Virus record (IMG/VR): IMGVR_UViG_3300000318_000003
Source of the DNA: a virus
Length of the DNA stretch: 64,000 nt
Reading direction: 5' to 3' (one strand)
The notes beneath the pieces are model-generated. The model did not search any database, was not told the origin of the DNA, and saw only the letters and a program-made list of their open reading frames with translations. The translations under genes were made by a program, and so were the position numbers. This document shows, piece after piece, positions 57,930 to 64,000 of this stretch (its first letter is position 1; every line of letters begins with the position of its first letter).

Positions 57930-60900
57930 TTAGTATCCTCTTGCGTAGCTTACTACGTTGTACTTACTATTTACGCTGGAATAAATCAAGCCTACAAAGT
58001 CCAAAGAACCAACCGCTGTGCTAGGCGTGAACGAAGTTACATCGGTACCAAACTTGGTTTCAGAAGTGAAACTTACTGTGTAACTACCGGAACCACCTTG
58101 CTTAATTTGCAAGTCCATTCTTTGACCATCAACAGCACCAGTGTTAGTGATTATGATGTTACCGGTTAAGGTAATAGTTGTTGTATTCACACCAGTCCAG
58201 TTGATTGTCTTATTAGCAGCATAAGTTTCTGGATTAACAACCGGTGTTACAAAACCATTTATAGCAGTGCTGACATCGATATTATCGGCATACAAAGTAC
58301 CAGAACTAATATCGAATGTTAATGTATGAGCACCAGATGAAAGTCCAAGTGTTCCCGATCCTGTGCTTGCACCTAATGCGACACTGTAGGTACTGCTTGT
58401 GAAAGAGCTAACAGTGTACTGAGTAGAAGTTCCACTAAAGTAGTTTGCATACAAAGTACCGGTACTTGGCTGATAACCAAGGCTACCGGAGTCAGCCTTT
58501 AATGCTTGATTGCCAGAAGTAGCACCAACAAATGTAGGATACAAGATGCTTGCAGAAGTGCTATCATTTGTAATGGCCGATGTCGTAGAATTGATGCTTG
58601 TTGCATTACTTGCAGCAGTAATTCTACCATAAGCATCAACTGTGATACTTGCTGGAGAATAAGAACCAGCAGTTACAGCAGTAGTTGCAAGATCAAGAAC
58701 AGGTGTAGCACCTCCGGTAGAAGTGATTCTACCGCTTGTTCCGCTTACCGATGTAACTACAGAACCATTGCTTGCTGCGGTTACACGTCCATAAGCATCG
58801 ACAGTGATATTTGCAGCAGTATAGCTACCAGCAGTTACAGCAGTAGTTGCCAAGTCAAGTGTAATACTTCCCGAAGAAGTAATAGGACCACCTGTGTTTG
58901 TAAGTCTGCTGGAGTTAGTAAGAACAGCAACGTAAGTTACAGTTCCGTTACCACTACCTGGAGTATAACCAAGAGCAGTTGTAACGTCTGTAGAGGTAAG
59001 TGTGATAGCCCCAGTTCTGCCATTAAAGCTTGATACTGAAGAACTTGCTCCGTTACTTGCAGCAGTGATTCTGCCATACGCATCGACAGTAATATTCGCA
59101 CTTGTGTAACTACCAGCACTCACTGCGGTCGTAGCAAGCGATAAAGTAGGAGTTGTAGTACCAGTTACTGTAATTTGTCCACTTGTTCCGCTTACTGAAG
59201 TTACAGGAGCAGTTCCGCTACTTGCAGCAGTGATTCTGCCCTTGGAATCTACAGTCAAGGAAGCATAGGTATAGCTGCCAGGAGTTACGGCAGTTGTTGC
59301 AAGGTTAGCAGTAATAGAACCAGAAGTAGTAATTGGGCTACCGCTGATAGTAAAATCAGAACTAATCAGACCTACGCTTGTTACAGTACCAGTGTTGGTT
59401 GTATAACCAGCAGGGTTTGTAGCATTGTAAGGAGTGTAACCAAGTGCAGAAATAACGTTAGCACTAGAAGCACTAGAAGCAGCAGTTAAGCGTCCTTTGC
59501 TATCAACAGTGATATTCGCAAGCGAATACGTTCCGGCACTTACCGCAGTGTTAGACAAGGTTGTAGCAAAAGAACCAGTTCCGCTACCGGTCACATCACC
59601 GGTTAAGGTAATTGTCTGATCACCAGTGTTTGTTCCGCTAAGGTTAGAAGCAGTAATGGTTCCAGTTGCAGTTACATTTCCGCCAAACTTAGAGTTACCT
59701 GCAGCAACATGCAATGCATATGGATTAGTAATTGTTACATTATGTCCATTTGTAGGAGCATTCTCGATGTACAGTGTACTCGCTTCAGTATAAGTTACAC
59801 CAGTATTGACTGCATCAAGAGTTAATCTACCTAAGCTAGCAACTACACCAAGTGAGTTTGTTCCGCTTGTGCTTGTGCTATTATCGTAGATTGTATCAGC
59901 AGGAGATCTAAATGCAGTACCCAGAGAGATATTCGATGCGGGCATTGCACCAGGGGAAGCAGAATAGAATGTGCCTGTCTTAACAGTTCCGTAGATACCA
60001 CCGAACACATTGCCAGCAAGTTGCCCAGTTCCATAAACTTCGAAGTCACCAGTGTCACCTGCTCTACCTGCAAATGCATATCTCTGTCCAAATATAATCT
60101 GACCTTGAGTTGTAATAGGACCAAGGTTAGTACCGGCAGTGTTGACAGTAAATGTTCCTGCACTTGCAGTTAAGACAGTGTAATTTCCATTGTAACCACT
60201 TGGCACAATACCACTTAAAGTAACAGTTTGCCCTGCAGAAATAACTTGCAAACTACCAGCGTAGTTGATAGTAGCAGTATGCGAAGCACTTGTTCCGCTT
60301 GTTGTGTTGATCTGAGTTGCACGATTGATATAACCAAGGGCACCACTTGTTACAACCGATCCAGTTGTAGTATTCGCATAGCTTACGCTTGTAGAAGTAG
60401 AAGCAGTTACAATGTAACTTCCATTAAATCCACTAGGTGTAACACCGTTTACTGTGATAAGTTGTCCAACTGCGTAAGGACCGGAGAATAAATTAAGAGT
60501 AGCAGTAGTACCGTTACCAGAACCACCGAGCACAATGTTGTTACCACCGACTGCATTATAGAAATCAGAGATAATACCGATATCAGCACCATTGTCAGTA
60601 GTGATCCAGCCACCGGACGAAGTGTTTAACGAAATTGTTGGGTTAACATAGTTAGTAACCGAAGAGTTACTTGTTGTAGTTGTCCCAAGAACGTTCAGGT
60701 TACCGCTAATTAAAGTATTTCCGTTTACTGACAAGTCACCACCGACTGTTACACCATCAGTTGTAGAAACACTGTAAGGAGTAATTGCGTTAAGACCGAA
60801 AGTTAATGTTCCAGAAGAAGTAATTGGGTTACCGGAAATTGTAATTCCGTTGTTCGCAATCACGTCTACCGAAGTAACAGTGCCAGGAGTATAACCAAGA

Positions 60901-62801
60901 GCAGTTGTAACGTCAGTAGAAGTAAGTGTGATAGCACCTGTTCTTGTATTAAAAGATGTAACTCCTCCACCAGTTCCGTTAGTAGCGCTTGTAATACGTC
61001 CTTTGCTATCGACAGTAATATTCGCGTTTGTATAAGAACCAGCAGTTACACCAGTTGTATTCAAATTAGCAGTTATTGTTCCGCTAGAGGTAATAGGACT
61101 TCCGCTAACAGTCAAATCAGTGCTAGACAAAGCAACCGAACTTACAGTTCCTAAAGGTGTAGAACTTCCGTTTACGTAAGCACCGGTAGAATCTACCTTA
61201 AGTCTAAGTGTGTTTGCAGCGCCAATAAGCACAGTATCGGTCATTGTCGAATTGCCGTAAAGGTTACCGATGATAGTGTTATTGCCATTTGTTGTTACAG
61301 AGTAACCTGCTTGAACACCGATTAAGATGTTACCGCTACCGGATGTAACTGCATTGCCGGCATCGAAGCCGAGGAATGTGTTGTTAGAACCAGTTGTTAA
61401 TGAGTTATCAGCAAAAGAACCTACACCGACGTTGTTACTACCAGTAGTAACATTACCTGCAGCACCGTAGCCTAAGAATGTGTTCGAAGAATCAAACTTG
61501 ATATTACCATTAACTGCTGTATTCACATCAGCGTTTGTTAAAGTAATGGCACCTGTTCTTGTATTAAAGGATGTAACTCCGCCACCTGTGCCATTGCTTG
61601 CAGCAGTAATTCTACCGTAAGCGTCAACAGTAATATTCGCATTTGTATAAGAACCTGCAGCAACAGCAGTTGTCGAAAGATCAACAGTAATGCTACCACT
61701 AGAAGTAATTGGGCTACCGGATGTAGTAATTCTACCGCTTGCTCCATTAACTGAAATGCTTGTTACTGAACCTGGAGTGTAACCAAGAGCAGTTGTAACG
61801 TCTGTAGAAGTAAGAGTAACAGCACCTGTTCTAGAGTTAAAAGAAGTAACTCCGATAGGTGTAATCCACTTGAGTTGTCCACTAGAACCTTGTGAACTAA
61901 GAACTTGTCCACTAGAACCATAGCCATTTCCTGCAGTTCCAAGATACAACGCACCAGAACTATTGTATTCGTAACTTAACGTTGGGCCTAAGTAGAAAAC
62001 AAGATTAGTATCGGCATCGAAAACAATGTTATTTGCATTTATTCTTGCAGTTCCGCCAAGTCCTGCATTAACACTGTCACCTGCATTGATAGTAACGTCA
62101 CCACCAGTACCGGACGTATTAGTCCCTGCATAATTTCCTGCGCTAATATCGATATTACCTGCTTGAGCAATACTTGTTGTAACTCCAGAACCCACTGCAC
62201 CAGCATCGATGCTGATGTTCTTGTTATAGATAGTAGAAGTATTAGAGATGTTACTTGCAAAGATAGCAAGTCCGTTATTGTAAGATTCAATACCGGGTGC
62301 AACGTTAGTAGAGAAGTTACCATCGCTAGGAACACCAATAGTAAGCAAGTTAACACCGGTGCCACTATTTGTTGTGAAAATTAACTTGTTGTCACCTACA
62401 AGAGTACCGGCACTATTTCGCTGAACAGAACCAAGCACACCAGTAGGAGTTGCTCCACCACCTGTGCCATTGCTTACAGCAGTAACTCTACCATATGAGT
62501 CAACACTGATATTCGCATTTGTATATGAACCTGGTGTTGCTCCCGATGGAGCAAGACCCATTGTAATTGTTCCGCTAGAAGTGATTGGACCACCGCTAGA
62601 AGTAAGTTGTCCTGGAGAACCTGCAACTTGAACACTTGTAACTGAGCCAGTTCCGCCACCAACTAAGTGACCACCGGGTGTTACACCATCTTGCAAGAAC
62701 AATTGATTTGTGTCAGTCGCAACAAGCAACTCACCAGGAGCACCTACTGTTACAGCAACTTGGGCCGCAGTGCCGTTTCTTAATATAACTTCTGATGCCA
62801 T
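57930..62801 (-). CDS. Long tail fibre (copy 2)
   Basis: Copy of 22469-27340. Confidence 0.85.
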   Translation of the reverse strand: MASEVILRNGTAAQVAVTVGAPGELLVATDTNQLFLQDGVTPGGHLVGGGTGSVTSVQVAGSPGQLTSSGGPITSSGTITMGLAPSGATPGSYTNANISVDSYGRVTAVSNGTGGGATPTGVLGSVQRNSAGTLVGDNKLIFTTNSGTGVNLLTIGVPSDGNFSTNVAPGIESYNNGLAIFASNISNTSTIYNKNISIDAGAVGSGVTTSIAQAGNIDISAGNYAGTNTSGTGGDVTINAGDSVNAGLGGTARINANNIVFDADTNLVFYLGPTLSYEYNSSGALYLGTAGNGYGSSGQVLSSQGSSGQLKWITPIGVTSFNSRTGAVTLTSTDVTTALGYTPGSVTSISVNGASGRITTSGSPITSSGSITVDLSTTAVAAGSYTNANITVDAYGRITAASNGTGGGVTSFNTRTGAITLTNADVNTAVNGNIKFDSSNTFLGYGAAGNVTTGSNNVGVGSFADNSLTTGSNNTFLGFDAGNAVTSGSGNILIGVQAGYSVTTNGNNTIIGNLYGNSTMTDTVLIGAANTLRLKVDSTGAYVNGSSTPLGTVSSVALSSTDLTVSGSPITSSGTITANLNTTGVTAGSYTNANITVDSKGRITSATNGTGGGVTSFNTRTGAITLTSTDVTTALGYTPGTVTSVDVIANNGITISGNPITSSGTLTFGLNAITPYSVSTTDGVTVGGDLSVNGNTLISGNLNVLGTTTTSNSSVTNYVNPTISLNTSSGGWITTDNGADIGIISDFYNAVGGNNIVLGGSGNGTTATLNLFSGPYAVGQLITVNGVTPSGFNGSYIVTASTSTSVSYANTTTGSVVTSGALGYINRATQINTTSGTSASHTATINYAGSLQVISAGQTVTLSGIVPSGYNGNYTVLTASAGTFTVNTAGTNLGPITTQGQIIFGQRYAFAGRAGDTGDFEVYGTGQLAGNVFGGIYGTVKTGTFYSASPGAMPASNISLGTAFRSPADTIYDNSTSTSGTNSLGVVASLGRLTLDAVNTGVTYTEASTLYIENAPTNGHNVTITNPYALHVAAGNSKFGGNVTATGTITASNLSGTNTGDQTITLTGDVTGSGTGSFATTLSNTAVSAGTYSLANITVDSKGRLTAASSASSANVISALGYTPYNATNPAGYTTNTGTVTSVGLISSDFTISGSPITTSGSITANLATTAVTPGSYTYASLTVDSKGRITAASSGTAPVTSVSGTSGQITVTGTTTPTLSLATTAVSAGSYTSANITVDAYGRITAASNGASSSVSSFNGRTGAITLTSTDVTTALGYTPGSGNGTVTYVAVLTNSSRLTNTGGPITSSGSITLDLATTAVTAGSYTAANITVDAYGRVTAASNGSVVTSVSGTSGRITSTGGATPVLDLATTAVTAGSYSPASITVDAYGRITAASNATSINSTTSAITNDSTSASILYPTFVGATSGNQALKADSGSLGYQPSTGTLYANYFSGTSTQYTVSSFTSSTYSVALGASTGSGTLGLSSGAHTLTFDISSGTLYADNIDVSTAINGFVTPVVNPETYAANKTINWTGVNTTTITLTGNIIITNTGAVDGQRMDLQIKQGGSGSYTVSFTSETKFGTDVTSFTPSTAVGSLDFVGLIYSSVNSKYNVVSYARGY

Positions 62802-62818
62802 TTATATTCCTTTATTTC

Positions 62819-63568
62819 TTATCTAATTATTGTTCCGGTAACCGATCCCAGATTTACTACAACATTGGGAAGATCTGTTACCGAACCAAAATCAATTCTT
62901 GCTGTAACAATTTCTGTGACTTTTCCGCAGTTTAAGTTGCCAACTATTACACCACTTTGAGCAGATCCACTTCCGCCACTTGTGGCTGATATCACTCTAC
63001 CTTTCGAATCAACTGTAACAGTTGCATTGGTATAAGTGCCAGGAACTACTGTAGTATTGGACAGCGTAGTATTTATAGTGCCGACACCTACACCAGTTAC
63101 ATCTCCTACTAATGTCGTTGTGCTACCAGAACCTCCACCTCCCCCGCCACTAGAACCACCTGCTTGAACAGCTTGTAAAGAAACATTAGTTATACGTCCT
63201 TTACTATCAACTGTGATTACAGGATAGTTATTAGGATCACCGAATGTTCCTATTGCTTTGTTAACAGTGGAAAGTTGAAGATTGTTGCTACCGACAGTAT
63301 TATAAACGTCGCCAGTAAAGACAGGGAGAAGTTCAGTCCACGAAGTTCCATTACTAACATAGGTGTTGCCACTATCGTATGCTAGGTAGACTGAATTAGA
63401 ATTTGTAGGTGCGCTAGGTAGATTTGCTTGTAAACCTACCTGAACATTGTTTGCACCGTTTGTTGAGTTATTACCAGTAGATTGAAACCAAAACGCCCAC
63501 GGTTGAGTAACTCTCCCGTTTGCGTCAGCAATATTAAATCCTAATGGTATTTGAGATGTATTCGACAT
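62819..63568 (-). CDS. Tail needle/fibre-like protein (copy 2)
   Basis: Copy of 27358-28107. Confidence 0.5.
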   Translation of the reverse strand: MSNTSQIPLGFNIADANGRVTQPWAFWFQSTGNNSTNGANNVQVGLQANLPSAPTNSNSVYLAYDSGNTYVSNGTSWTELLPVFTGDVYNTVGSNNLQLSTVNKAIGTFGDPNNYPVITVDSKGRITNVSLQAVQAGGSSGGGGGGSGSTTTLVGDVTGVGVGTINTTLSNTTVVPGTYTNATVTVDSKGRVISATSGGSGSAQSGVIVGNLNCGKVTEIVTARIDFGSVTDLPNVVVNLGSVTGTIIR

Positions 63569-63578
63569 CTACTATTTA

Positions 63579-64000
63579 TTAGTATTCGACGATGCATAAT
63601 CCTGCAGTTCCGTACCCATTAGGACCAGTGCCTCCACCGAATAAAGAACCAAGAGGCCCAATGCCTGCTCCACCCTTACCAGCAGTACCACCAACAATAG
63701 TATATGTTCCTACACCTACTCCGAAAGAACCAGTAATAGTAGCGCCATTTGCTCCGTCGGCTCCGTTGCCAGAACTAGAAGCACTCTCACCGCCTCTGCC
63801 ACCAGAAGCAACAGCAATAGTTCCGAAACTACTTGTTCCACCAGTTCCGCCTACGCTTGCGCTAAGATCGAATGCAGAAGTTCCTCCTGCTCCGATAGTT
63901 ACAGTGTAGACCGTGCCAGCAGTAGTTTGAACAGGAGTTACTGCAACTCCGCCATCGCCGCCGCGCCCGCCTGCATAAGTAGTAGCACCTTCGCCACCAC
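63579..64000 (-). CDS. 3' part of Gly-rich tail protein (copy 2, truncated by window end)
   Basis: Copy of 28118-28539. Confidence 0.7.
   Translation of the reverse strand, partial: GGEGATTYAGGRGGDGGVAVTPVQTTAGTVYTVTIGAGGTSAFDLSASVGGTGGTSSFGTIAVASGGRGGESASSSGNGADGANGATITGSFGVGVGTYTIVGGTAGKGGAGIGPLGSLFGGGTGPNGYGTAGLCIVEY

Larger units (their letters stand above)
1..64000. repeat. Tandem head-to-tail repeat of a 35,461-bp phage genome unit (copy 1 = 1-35461; copy 2 = 35462-64000, equal to unit positions 1-28539)
   Basis: Sequence at 35462 (actttatgtcctgg...) restarts position 1; ORFs recur with identical translations at +35461. Confidence 0.98.

Overview
The window is a head-to-tail repeat of one 35,461-bp unit. 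Position 1 matches position 35462, and every ORF recurs at +35,461, so the window holds about 1.8 copies of an apparently complete small P22-like (podovirus-type) phage genome. Almost all genes are on the minus strand. Packaging and head genes: terminase small and large subunits, portal, scaffold, coat. Tail and ejection genes: gp4-like adaptor, gp10-like tail hub, three ejection proteins, and about 11 kb of tail fibre/tailspike genes. Lysis genes are scattered: T4-type lysozyme, Rz with embedded Rz1, and holin candidates; the spanins imply a Gram-negative host. Replication is minimal: an AEP primase plus an SF3 helicase. I see no integrase, repressor, DNA polymerase, RNA polymerase, sigma factor, tRNA or CRISPR array. 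The most unusual signals are: (1) a T4-late-type (T/A/C)ATAAATA/CTAAATA motif upstream of most transcription units, with no cognate sigma factor in the genome, suggesting possible dependence on a co-infecting large phage; (2) a second, orphan iteron-like element inside the tail module; (3) a 2OG-Fe(II) hydroxylase fused to a GNAT acetyltransferase; (4) a tandem two-domain GroES; (5) a candidate ~120-nt sRNA; (6) a hidden antisense 18-aa membrane peptide with its own sigma70 promoter. All family assignments come from motif recognition by eye, not database searches.
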